This document shows positions 17,572-26,140 of a stretch of DNA of 47,909 bases, piece by piece. The DNA is from Vicinamibacterales bacterium (GTDB taxonomy: Bacteria > Acidobacteriota > Vicinamibacteria > Vicinamibacterales > CAVVIG01): positions 1 to 47,909 of the forward strand of contig JANWLS010000199.1 of NCBI GenBank assembly GCA_025450765.1, given 5' to 3'. The notes under the pieces were generated by a model. The model did not search any database, was not told where the DNA came from, and saw nothing but the letters and a program-made list of their open reading frames with translations. The position numbers were made by a program, and so were the translations under genes. Numbering within the stretch: the stretch's first letter is position 1; each line of letters starts with the position of its first letter.

Positions 17572-19509
17572 ATGACTATGTGGCGCAACAGCTCTCTGTG
17601 GGTGGTGACACTCGGCGCGGCGCTCGCGCTCGGCGGCAGCGCGCTGACCGCGGCCGGACCGAAAGCCGCAGTTCCTCCGTCGGCGACGCCGGCCGTCGCC
17701 TCGGCCAACAGCACGACGCCGGTGGCCGACGCGGCGATGGTCAACGAGACCGCGACGGTGAAGGACCTGCTCGAGAAAGGCGAGGACGTCAACTCGGCGC
17801 AGCACGACGGGATGACCGCGCTGCACTGGGCGGCGCTCAACGACAACGCCGACATGGCGACCATGCTGCTCTACGCGGGTGCTGACGCGAATGCCGCGAC
17901 TCGGCTGGGCGGCTACACGCCGCTCGATCTGGCGGCGCGCGACGGCCACGCCGACATGGTGAAGACGCTGCTCGCCCATGGCGCCGACGCCAAGCGGGCC
18001 GATTTTCACGGGACGACCCCGCTGATGTTCGCGGCGCAGTCGGGCGACGTGCAGGAGATCTCGGATCTGCTGACGGCCGGCGCCGAGGTGAACGCGAAGG
18101 AATCGACCAAGGGCGAGACCGCGCTGATGCTGGCCGCCGCGCACGGCCGGACGGATGCCGTCAAGCTCCTCCTGTCGCACGGCGCCGACTGGAAGCCCAC
18201 GACCACCGTGCTCGATTGGACGAAGCTCCCGAAGAGCGACCCGCGCCTCCCGCACTTCCGGGGTCAGTTCGGGCAGCCGCTCCAGCCGGCCAAGAAGGGA
18301 GCGGCCGCGGAGAAAGGTGCCGCGAAGGATGCGGCGGCCAAGGGACCGGCCGACACGAACGCGCCGGCCAAGACCGCTGACGCGAAGGAAGCGAGCGCGA
18401 AGACCGTCGCGCCGCCCGATCCGAACGCGCCGCCACCCGCGCATCCCAAGACGATGACGCGCGAGATGGTGGACAAGATGGGCATGTCGCAGAAGATGAC
18501 GGACTTCCGCGGCGAGATGGGGCTGGTGCACAGCAAGGGCGGCCTGAGCGCGCTGCTCTTCGCGGCGCGCCAGGGATACACGGACACGGCCGAGGCTCTG
18601 CTCGCGGGTGGTGCGGACATCAATGAGGTCGATCCCGGTGATCACACGAGCCCGCTGCTCATGGCGATCATCAACGGCCATTACGACCTGGCGAAGTACT
18701 TCCTGGCGCACGGCGCCGACGCGAACGCGGCACAGAGCAACAACGGCGTGACGCCGCTCTACGCGGTGCTGAACTGCGAATGGGCGCCGAAGGCCGAGTA
18801 TCCGCAGCCGACCGCCTACGGCCAGCAGCAGACCAGCTATCTCGATTTGATGTCGGACCTGCTCGCGCACGGCGCCAATCCGAATGCCCGGCTGACGCAC
18901 AAAGTGTGGTACTCCGGCTACAACTTCGATCTGTCCGGCATCGACGAGACCGGCGCGACCCCGTTCTGGCGCGCCGCCTACGCGGACGACATCAACGCGA
19001 TGAAGTTGCTCGTCGCGCACGGCGCCGACCCGAACCTCGCGACGAAGAAGCCGGACAGCAACGTCAACTTCTACCGTCACAAGACGGCGCATGACTACTC
19101 CGGCCTCAAGCCGGTGCCGGCCGGCGGCCCCGATATTCCGCCGCTGCTCGCCGCCTCGGGTGAAGCCTACGGGTCGAGCCTCACCTCGAACTCGCATCGG
19201 TTCGCGCCGACGGGGATGCTCGCCGCGGTGAAGTACCTCGTCGAGGATCTGCACGTGGACGTGAACGCGCGCGACGCCGACGGCAACACGGCGCTCCACA
19301 ACGCGGCCTCGCGCGGCGACAACGCGATGATCCTCTATCTGGTGTCGCGGGGTGCGAACATCACGGCCGTGAACCGGAACGGACAGACGGTGGCGGACAT
19401 GGCCAATGGGCCGGTGCAGCGCATCGACCCATTCCCGCAGACGATCGCGCTCGTCGAGCACCTGGGCGCCAAGCTGATGCACAAGTGTTTGTCCTGCGGC
19501 CAGCAGTGA
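17572..19509 (+). CDS. Exported ankyrin-repeat protein, copy 2 (ends HKCLSCGQQ)
   Basis: Signal peptide, ankyrin repeats, long Ala/Lys/Pro-rich insert. Confidence 0.9.
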   Translation: MTMWRNSSLWVVTLGAALALGGSALTAAGPKAAVPPSATPAVASANSTTPVADAAMVNETATVKDLLEKGEDVNSAQHDGMTALHWAALNDNADMATMLLYAGADANAATRLGGYTPLDLAARDGHADMVKTLLAHGADAKRADFHGTTPLMFAAQSGDVQEISDLLTAGAEVNAKESTKGETALMLAAAHGRTDAVKLLLSHGADWKPTTTVLDWTKLPKSDPRLPHFRGQFGQPLQPAKKGAAAEKGAAKDAAAKGPADTNAPAKTADAKEASAKTVAPPDPNAPPPAHPKTMTREMVDKMGMSQKMTDFRGEMGLVHSKGGLSALLFAARQGYTDTAEALLAGGADINEVDPGDHTSPLLMAIINGHYDLAKYFLAHGADANAAQSNNGVTPLYAVLNCEWAPKAEYPQPTAYGQQQTSYLDLMSDLLAHGANPNARLTHKVWYSGYNFDLSGIDETGATPFWRAAYADDINAMKLLVAHGADPNLATKKPDSNVNFYRHKTAHDYSGLKPVPAGGPDIPPLLAASGEAYGSSLTSNSHRFAPTGMLAAVKYLVEDLHVDVNARDADGNTALHNAASRGDNAMILYLVSRGANITAVNRNGQTVADMANGPVQRIDPFPQTIALVEHLGAKLMHKCLSCGQQ

Positions 19510-19527
19510 GAGGCAGAACTGTTGACG

Positions 19528-19589
19528 GGCTTCAGGCTGCGGGCTACGGGCCGGTCGGGCCCGAAGCCCGCAGCCTGAGGCCTGAAGCC
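19528..19589. repeat. Heptamer-based imperfect inverted repeat (REP/STRR-like), possible terminator after cassette 2
   Basis: GGCTTCAGGCTGCGGGCTACGGGCC pairs with GGCCCGAAGCCCGCAGCCTGAGGCC (2 mismatches); 7-nt periodicity. Confidence 0.7.
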
Positions 19590-19754
19590 AATCGGTAAGG
19601 AATCGCGAACGAAGGATTAACGAAGAACTACTGAACAATCAATAAGATAGCTTCATCGGCCAGTTGGCTGACACTCAGAGACAACTGGTGACGAAGTAAT
19701 GCAAAAAAAAGGCCGCACTCAACCGCGGTGCAGGCCTTATACTTCGCAGCATCG

Positions 19755-19770
19755 GGGCACGTGTCCTGCC
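19755..19770 (+). promoter_or_regulatory. Candidate sigma54 promoter for cassette 3
   Basis: GGGCACG-TGTC-CTGC = GG-N10-GC, about 45 nt before ATG 19815; TATACT at 19738-19743 is a sigma70-type alternative. Confidence 0.4.
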
Positions 19771-19814
19771 AGCCCTCCGTTGGCGTCGTGCGCCCTGAAA
19801 GAATGTAGCTGCGA

Positions 19815-22613
19815 ATGCCCAACGCCACTCTGAAATGGTGCGGTGTGCTGGCGCTCGGCCTGGGGTTGAGTGTCGGCGTCTCTCTCGATTCGCGTACAGT
19901 GGATGCACAGGCGCCTTCTGCGGCGCCCGCTCCGGCTGCGTCGCACGCGCCGAGCGCCCTCCCCGCCGACGCCCAGAAAAAACTCATCCAGGACTACTGC
20001 GTCGGCTGCCACGATGATGCGCAGCTGACCGGCGGTGTCTCCTTCCAGGCCTTCACGAGCGCGGCCGCCGTCGACCCGGTGCTCGCCGCGAAGATGGTCC
20101 ACAAGCTCAAGACCGGGCAGATGCCGCCGGCGGGCATGCCGAAGCCCGATGCGACGACGGTCAACGCCTTCGTCGCGGCGCTCGAAGCCCGCGCGCTGCC
20201 GGAAGCCGCCAAGGCCGCCGAATCGACGGCCGCCGCGCCGGTGCAGGTCATCGCCTACGCGCACACCGGCGACGTGATGACGCCGACCGTGCAGAACACG
20301 ATGGTGCGCGAGATCTGTACGCAGTGCCACAACGACAAGCAGCGCGCCGGCGGCGTCTCGATGATCGGCTTTGACGTGGCCACGGTGACCAGGTCGACCG
20401 CCCAGGCCGAGCTCGCCGAGAACATGCTGGCCAAGCTGCGCGCCGGCATGATGCCGAAGTCGAACGCGCCGAAGCGTCCAGACCAGGCCAGCATTCACGC
20501 CTTCGTGGTCTCGCTCGAGTCGCGGATCGATCGGGCCGCTGCGCTGCATCCCGACCCGGGCACGCGGACGTTCCAGCGGCTGAACCGCGCGGAATACGCC
20601 GATGCCGTCGAGACGATGCTCGGGATCGACGTCGACGTGAGCCAGTGGCTGCCGCCCGACACGATCAGCCACAACTTCGACAACATCGCGGATGCGCAGA
20701 ACTTCTCGCCGACGCTGCTCCAGGGCTATCTCGGGGCGGCTGACGCGATTGCACGGCTGGCCGTCGGCGATCCGAACGCCGGCCCGGGCTCGGCGACCTA
20801 CAGCGTGGACCGCACCGCGTCGCAGATGCTGCACGTCGACGGCGCGCCCTACGGCACGCGCGGCGGCCTCTCGGTGGTCCACATCTTCCCGGCGGACGGC
20901 ACCTACAAGTTCAAGATGCTGTTCCACGGGACGCCGACCGGACAGCTCTTCGGCAAGACGGTGCTCGGCGAGCAGATCGAAGTTTCGGTGAACGGCGTCC
21001 GCGAGGCGGTGCTCACCATTCCGCCCACGCTCGACGAGTCGGACCCGAACGGTCTGACGCTCGAGACGCCGCCCATCCACGTGGATGCGGGGCCGCAGCG
21101 CGTGTCGGCGGCGTTCATCAACCGCTTCGACGGCCCGATCGACGACTTGCTCGAGCCGCACAACCACACGCTCGCGGATACCCAGATCGGCGACGGTCAG
21201 GGGATCACGACGCTCCCGCACCTGCGCGACTTCACCATCACCGGTCCCTACAAGACGACCGGCGTGTCCGAGACGGTGAGCCGCCGCAAGGTCTTCACCT
21301 GCCGTCCGACCTCGGCGGCCGAGGAAGCGCCGTGCGCCCGCTCGATCGTGACACGCCTCGCCACCCAGGCGTACCGCCGGCCGGCGACGCCGAGCGAGAT
21401 CGCCGACGTGATGAAGTTCTACGACCGCGGCCGCAAGGATGGCGACTTCGAGTCGGGCATCCGGACGGCGCTCCAGGCGGTGCTGGTGAGCCCGCACTTC
21501 CTCTTCCGCGTGGAAGATCGGCCGGCCGCGCTCCGCGCCGGGCAGACCTACAAGATCGACAGCCTGGACCTCGCCTCGCGCCTGTCCTACTTCATCTGGG
21601 CGGCGCAGCCCGATGCGGAGTTGATCAAGGTGGCCCGGTCGGGCCGTCTCGAGGAACCGGCGGTCCTCGACGCGCAGGTGCACCGGATGCTGAAGGATCC
21701 GCGGGCCGAGTCGCTCTCGACGCGCTTCGCGTCGGAGTGGCTGCGCCTGCAGGACGTCGGCAAGATGCATCCCGACGCGATCTCGTATCCCTACTACGAC
21801 GCCACGCTCGGCGATGCGATGGTGCGCGAGACGCAGCTCTTCTTCAACAGCCTCGTGCAGGAGGATCGGAACGTCCTCGACCTGCTGACGGCCGACTACA
21901 CCTTCGTGAACGAGCGCCTCGCGCGCCACTACGGGATTCCCGGGGTGGCCGGGCCCGAGTTCCGGCGCGTGTCGCTCGTCGGCACCCACCGGCAGGGCCT
22001 GCTCGGACAGGGCAGCGTCGAGGTGCTCACCTCGGTCGCGGATCGCACCTCGCCCGTGCAGCGCGGCAAGTGGGTGCTCGAAGTGCTGCTCGGGCAGCCG
22101 CCGCCCCCGCCGCCGCCCAACGTCGACACGAACCTGGATGATTCGGCGGCCGCCGCGCAGGGCGGACGCACGCTCTCGACGCGCGAGCGCATGGAGCAGC
22201 ACCGGGCCAATCCGTTCTGCGCCTCGTGCCACAGCGTGATCGATCCGATCGGGCTCTCGCTCGAGAACTTCGATCCGACCGGCCGCTACCGGATCAAGGA
22301 CAACGGCGTGGCCGTCGATACGGCCGGCAATCTCTACGACGGGACGAGAATGGTGGGCCTCGCGGGCCTGAACGCCGCCCTCGTGAAGCACCAGGACACG
22401 ATCCTGGAGGTCTTCACCGAGAACCTCATGGCGTACGCGCTGGGACGGCGCGTCGAGTACTACGACATGCCGACGGTCCGGTCGATTATCCGGAACGCGG
22501 GGCAGCACGGCAATCACATCTCGGCGTACATCGTGGGGGTCGTGAACAGTCCGGCCTTCCGGATGAGCCGGGCGGAATCCACCACAACGACGGCGGCGCG
22601 GCAGGATCAGTAG
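19815..22613 (+). CDS. DUF1592-family multiheme cytochrome c protein, copy 3
   Basis: CVGCH+MPP, CTQCH+MMPK, CASCH; RTSPVQRGKW; same domain order. Confidence 0.9.
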   Translation: MPNATLKWCGVLALGLGLSVGVSLDSRTVDAQAPSAAPAPAASHAPSALPADAQKKLIQDYCVGCHDDAQLTGGVSFQAFTSAAAVDPVLAAKMVHKLKTGQMPPAGMPKPDATTVNAFVAALEARALPEAAKAAESTAAAPVQVIAYAHTGDVMTPTVQNTMVREICTQCHNDKQRAGGVSMIGFDVATVTRSTAQAELAENMLAKLRAGMMPKSNAPKRPDQASIHAFVVSLESRIDRAAALHPDPGTRTFQRLNRAEYADAVETMLGIDVDVSQWLPPDTISHNFDNIADAQNFSPTLLQGYLGAADAIARLAVGDPNAGPGSATYSVDRTASQMLHVDGAPYGTRGGLSVVHIFPADGTYKFKMLFHGTPTGQLFGKTVLGEQIEVSVNGVREAVLTIPPTLDESDPNGLTLETPPIHVDAGPQRVSAAFINRFDGPIDDLLEPHNHTLADTQIGDGQGITTLPHLRDFTITGPYKTTGVSETVSRRKVFTCRPTSAAEEAPCARSIVTRLATQAYRRPATPSEIADVMKFYDRGRKDGDFESGIRTALQAVLVSPHFLFRVEDRPAALRAGQTYKIDSLDLASRLSYFIWAAQPDAELIKVARSGRLEEPAVLDAQVHRMLKDPRAESLSTRFASEWLRLQDVGKMHPDAISYPYYDATLGDAMVRETQLFFNSLVQEDRNVLDLLTADYTFVNERLARHYGIPGVAGPEFRRVSLVGTHRQGLLGQGSVEVLTSVADRTSPVQRGKWVLEVLLGQPPPPPPPNVDTNLDDSAAAAQGGRTLSTRERMEQHRANPFCASCHSVIDPIGLSLENFDPTGRYRIKDNGVAVDTAGNLYDGTRMVGLAGLNAALVKHQDTILEVFTENLMAYALGRRVEYYDMPTVRSIIRNAGQHGNHISAYIVGVVNSPAFRMSRAESTTTTAARQDQ

Positions 22614-22633
22614 CGCCTACTGAGGAGACCGAT

Positions 22634-24067
22634 ATGTCATTCATCACGAAGAAGCACCTGTCCCGCCGGACGGTCCTGAAGGGCATGGGCGTCAGCCTGG
22701 CGCTGCCGTTCCTCGACGCCATGGCGCCTGCGGGCACGGCGTGGGCGAAGACGGCGGCCGGCCAGTCCGCCAGCAAGACCCGGCTCATCGCCATCGAGAT
22801 GGTGCACGGCTCGGCCGGCAGCACCGAGCTCGGGATCAAGGAGAACATGTGGTCGCCGGCTGCCGTGGGCCACAGCTTCGACCTGGGGCCGACGAGCCTC
22901 AAGGCCCTGGATCCGTATCGCGAGTACCTGACCATCGTCAGTGGCACGACGGTTCACGGCGCCGAAGCGTGGTCCGCTCCGGAAGTCGGTGGCGATCACT
23001 TCCGCTGCAGTGCGACCTACCTCACGCAGTCGCATCCGAAGCAGACGGAAGGGTCGGACATCCACGCCGGGACGTCGATCGATCAGATCTACGCCCGGAC
23101 GTACGGTCAGGACACCGCGATTCCCTCGATGCAGCTCTGTATCGAGCCGGTCGACCAGGCGGGCGGCTGCGCCTACGGCTACGCTTGCGTCTACACCGAC
23201 TCGATCTCGTGGGCCTCACCGACCGAGCCGCTGCCGATGATCCGCGACCCGCGCGCGGTGTTCGATCAGCTGTTCGGCGAAGGCTCCACCGCCAAGGAGC
23301 GGTCGATCCGGCGGCAGACCAACGCCAGCATGCTCGACTGGGTGGCGGCGCAGGTCACCGACATGAAGCGGCAGCTCGGGCCATCGGACCGCGCGAAGCT
23401 CAGTAACTACCTGGACGACGTGCGCGAGATCGAGCGGCGCATCCAGAACATCGAGGCGCACAACAAGAGCGGCGAGCCGCGCGAGCTGCCCGAGGCCCCG
23501 GTGGGCGTCCCCGACTCGTTCGAGGAGCACGTGCACCTGATGTTCGACCTGCAGGCGATCGCGCTGCAGTCGGATCTCACCCGCGTGTTCTCGTTCAAGA
23601 TGGGCCGCGACGGATCGGGCCGCGTGTATCCCGGCAGCGGCGTCACGACCGGCTTCCACAACGCCTCGCACCACCAGGAGAAGGAAGAGCGGCTGCGCGA
23701 CTTCCAGAAGATCAACGCGTATCACGTCAGCACGCTCTCCTACATGCTGGCCAAGCTGAAGGGGATCCAGGAAGGCGACAGCAGCCTGCTCGACAAGAGC
23801 CTCATCGTGTACGGCTCGCCCATGGGCGACTCGAACCTGCACAACCACAAGCGCTGCCCGCTCATCCTGCTCGGCCACGCCAACGGCCAGGTGAAGGGCA
23901 ACAACCACGTGAAGGTGCCGGTCGACACGCCGATGGCGAACACGATGCTGGCCGTGCTGCAGAAGCTCGGGGTGCAGAAGGACAAGTTCTCCGACAGCAC
24001 CGAGGCGATGGACCTGAATGGCGCGGCGATGACGACGACCGCGGCCGAGAATCGGCAGGGGATCTAG
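22634..24067 (+). CDS. DUF1552 (HxxSHH) family Tat-exported protein, copy 2
   Basis: MSFITKKHLSRRTVLKG, CAYGYAC, FHNASHH, GSPMGDSNLHNH; GAGGAG RBS before ATG 22634. Confidence 0.9.
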   Translation: MSFITKKHLSRRTVLKGMGVSLALPFLDAMAPAGTAWAKTAAGQSASKTRLIAIEMVHGSAGSTELGIKENMWSPAAVGHSFDLGPTSLKALDPYREYLTIVSGTTVHGAEAWSAPEVGGDHFRCSATYLTQSHPKQTEGSDIHAGTSIDQIYARTYGQDTAIPSMQLCIEPVDQAGGCAYGYACVYTDSISWASPTEPLPMIRDPRAVFDQLFGEGSTAKERSIRRQTNASMLDWVAAQVTDMKRQLGPSDRAKLSNYLDDVREIERRIQNIEAHNKSGEPRELPEAPVGVPDSFEEHVHLMFDLQAIALQSDLTRVFSFKMGRDGSGRVYPGSGVTTGFHNASHHQEKEERLRDFQKINAYHVSTLSYMLAKLKGIQEGDSSLLDKSLIVYGSPMGDSNLHNHKRCPLILLGHANGQVKGNNHVKVPVDTPMANTMLAVLQKLGVQKDKFSDSTEAMDLNGAAMTTTAAENRQGI

Positions 24068-24069
24068 CC

Positions 24070-25890
24070 ATGTGGCGTCACGCGCTGACGACCGTCGCGC
24101 TGGTCGCGACGGTTGGCCTCGTCGCCGCGGTTCCGGGGCGGCCGCTGCTCGCCGCCCAGAGCGGTTCGCCGGTCGCGGACGCGGCGATGCGCAGCGACGT
24201 CACGCTCGTCAAGAACCTGCTGCAGCAGGGCGGCGACGTGAATGCCGCGCAGGGCGACGGCATGACGGCCCTGCACTGGGCCGCCCTGTCGGGTAACGCC
24301 GATCTCGCGCAGATGCTGCTCTACGCGGGTGCCAATCCCAATGCCACCACGCGGCTCGGCGGCTATACGCCGCTCCACGTGGCCGCCAAGAACGCGCACG
24401 CGGCCGTCGTCGAGGCGCTGCTCAAGGGCGGCGCCGACGCGAAGGCGGCGACGTCCGACGGCACGACGGCGCTGATGTTCGCTTCCGAGGCCGGCAGCCT
24501 CGACTCGATGACGTCGCTGCTCGATCATGGCGCCGACGTGAACGCGGCGGAATCGGCGAAGGGAGAGACGGCCCTGATGTTCGCCTCCGCCTACGACCGC
24601 GTCGACGCGGTGAAGTTGCTGCTGCAGCACGGCGCGAATGCGAAGGCGACCTCGAAAGTGATCGATTGGAGCAAGCTGCCGAAGGACGATCCGCGCCTGT
24701 CGCAGTTCGGGCGGCGTGCGGCACCCGCCGCGGGCGCGAAGAAGCCGGGTGCGCCGGCGAGCGCCGAGGCGGCCGAAACGGCGGAGGCGGCCCAGGCCGG
24801 CCTCGGCCGGCGAGCTGCGGTCAAGGCCAAGGGCAACGCCGATGCGCAGGCGGCGCAGATCGAGGAGCTTCTGGGCGGGTACGCCAAGCTGGTCGGCCGG
24901 CAGGGCGGCCTGACGCCACTCCTTTTCGCCGCACGCCAGGGCAATACGCAGACGGTGCAGGCGCTCCTGGACGGCGGCGCGGAGATCAACCAGGTCGATG
25001 CCGGCCAGCACACGAGCCCGCTGCTCGTGGCCGTCATGAACGGGCACTTCGATCTCGCCGAGCAACTCCTGGCGAAAGGCGCCGATCCCAACCTGGCGCA
25101 GGACAACGGGGTCACGCCGCTCTACGCGGCGCTGAACTGCGTGTGGGCGCCGCGGACGCTGTATCCGCAGCCGACCGCGTACCGCCAGCAGAAGACCACC
25201 TATCTTCAGCTCATGAGCGATCTGCTCGCGCACGGTGCGAAGCCGAACGTGCGGCTGAAGGAGAAGGTCTGGTACTCCGGCTACAACTTCGATCAGTCGG
25301 GCGTGGACGAAACGGGTGCGACGCCGTTCTGGCGGGCGGCCTGGGCCGACGACATCGACGCGATGAGGCTGCTCGTCGCGCACGGCGCCGATCCGACGAT
25401 CGCGACGATGAAGCCGAAGGGACGCGTGCCGACCGGCACCGGCAACCTGGACGATGAAAAGGCCGCGAAGGCCAAGGCCGATCCGTCGGGCCGTCCGCCC
25501 GTCGCCGTGGGCGGACCGGACATCACGCCGCTGCTCGCCGCCTCCGGTGAGGCGTACGGGTCGAGCTTCACGGCCAACCACCATCGCTACGCGCCGACGG
25601 GGATGCTCGCGGCCGTGAAGTACCTCATCGAAGATCTGCACGCGGACGTGAACCAGGCCGACGCGGATGGCAACACGGCGCTGCACAACGCGGCGGCGCG
25701 CGGCGACAACGAGATGATTCTCTATCTCGTCGCGAAGGGCGCCGACGTGAAAGCCGTGAACCGCCGTGGCCAGACGATTCCGGATCTGGCCAACGGACCC
25801 ATTCAGCGCATCAGCCCGTTCCCCGAGACGATCGCGCTGCTGCAGCGCCTCGGCGCCAGGCTCGCGCACAAGTGCCTCTCCTGCGGCTAG
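24070..25890 (+). CDS. Exported ankyrin-repeat protein, copy 3 (ends HKCLSCG)
   Basis: Signal peptide, ankyrin repeats, paralogue of copies 1 and 2. Confidence 0.9.
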   Translation: MWRHALTTVALVATVGLVAAVPGRPLLAAQSGSPVADAAMRSDVTLVKNLLQQGGDVNAAQGDGMTALHWAALSGNADLAQMLLYAGANPNATTRLGGYTPLHVAAKNAHAAVVEALLKGGADAKAATSDGTTALMFASEAGSLDSMTSLLDHGADVNAAESAKGETALMFASAYDRVDAVKLLLQHGANAKATSKVIDWSKLPKDDPRLSQFGRRAAPAAGAKKPGAPASAEAAETAEAAQAGLGRRAAVKAKGNADAQAAQIEELLGGYAKLVGRQGGLTPLLFAARQGNTQTVQALLDGGAEINQVDAGQHTSPLLVAVMNGHFDLAEQLLAKGADPNLAQDNGVTPLYAALNCVWAPRTLYPQPTAYRQQKTTYLQLMSDLLAHGAKPNVRLKEKVWYSGYNFDQSGVDETGATPFWRAAWADDIDAMRLLVAHGADPTIATMKPKGRVPTGTGNLDDEKAAKAKADPSGRPPVAVGGPDITPLLAASGEAYGSSFTANHHRYAPTGMLAAVKYLIEDLHADVNQADADGNTALHNAAARGDNEMILYLVAKGADVKAVNRRGQTIPDLANGPIQRISPFPETIALLQRLGARLAHKCLSCG

Positions 25891-25897
25891 GGCGATA

Positions 25898-25985
25898 ACG
25901 CCGAGACGCGGAGAGGAGCCAGATCGCGCGGAGGAGATACCATAAAGTAGTTGGTTTCTTCTCCGCGATCTCCGCGGCTCTGCGT
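25898..25985. repeat. GACGCGGAG-type imperfect inverted repeat (REP-like)
   Basis: ACGCCGAGACGCGGAGA...CGCGGAGGAGA versus TCTTCTCCGCGATCTCCGCGGCTCTGCGT immediately after the stop codon. Confidence 0.55.
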
Positions 25986-26029
25986 GCCAACCTTCCGCGT
26001 AAGTTGTCTGCGAACGTCTCCGTTCACTC

Positions 26030-26091
26030 AGGGGTCAGATCGTGTTTCTTGCACCAGAGTTCGACGGTGCAAGAAACACGATCTGACCCCT
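26030..26091. repeat. Perfect 26-bp inverted repeat with 10-nt spacer (REP/MITE-like)
   Basis: AGGGGTCAGATCGTGTTTCTTGCACC (26030-26055) and its exact reverse complement (26066-26091). Confidence 0.9.
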
Positions 26092-26140
26092 ATGACCCCC
26101 GTCATACCGGCCTCGATGGCAATCTAGTACACTGTTCTTG

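Noticed and set aside
8655-25890. Triplication as an assembly artefact or a diversity-generating retroelement
   Set aside because: Copies differ by many synonymous changes and indels with intact frames; no reverse transcriptase or adenine-specific template/variable repeat pair seen
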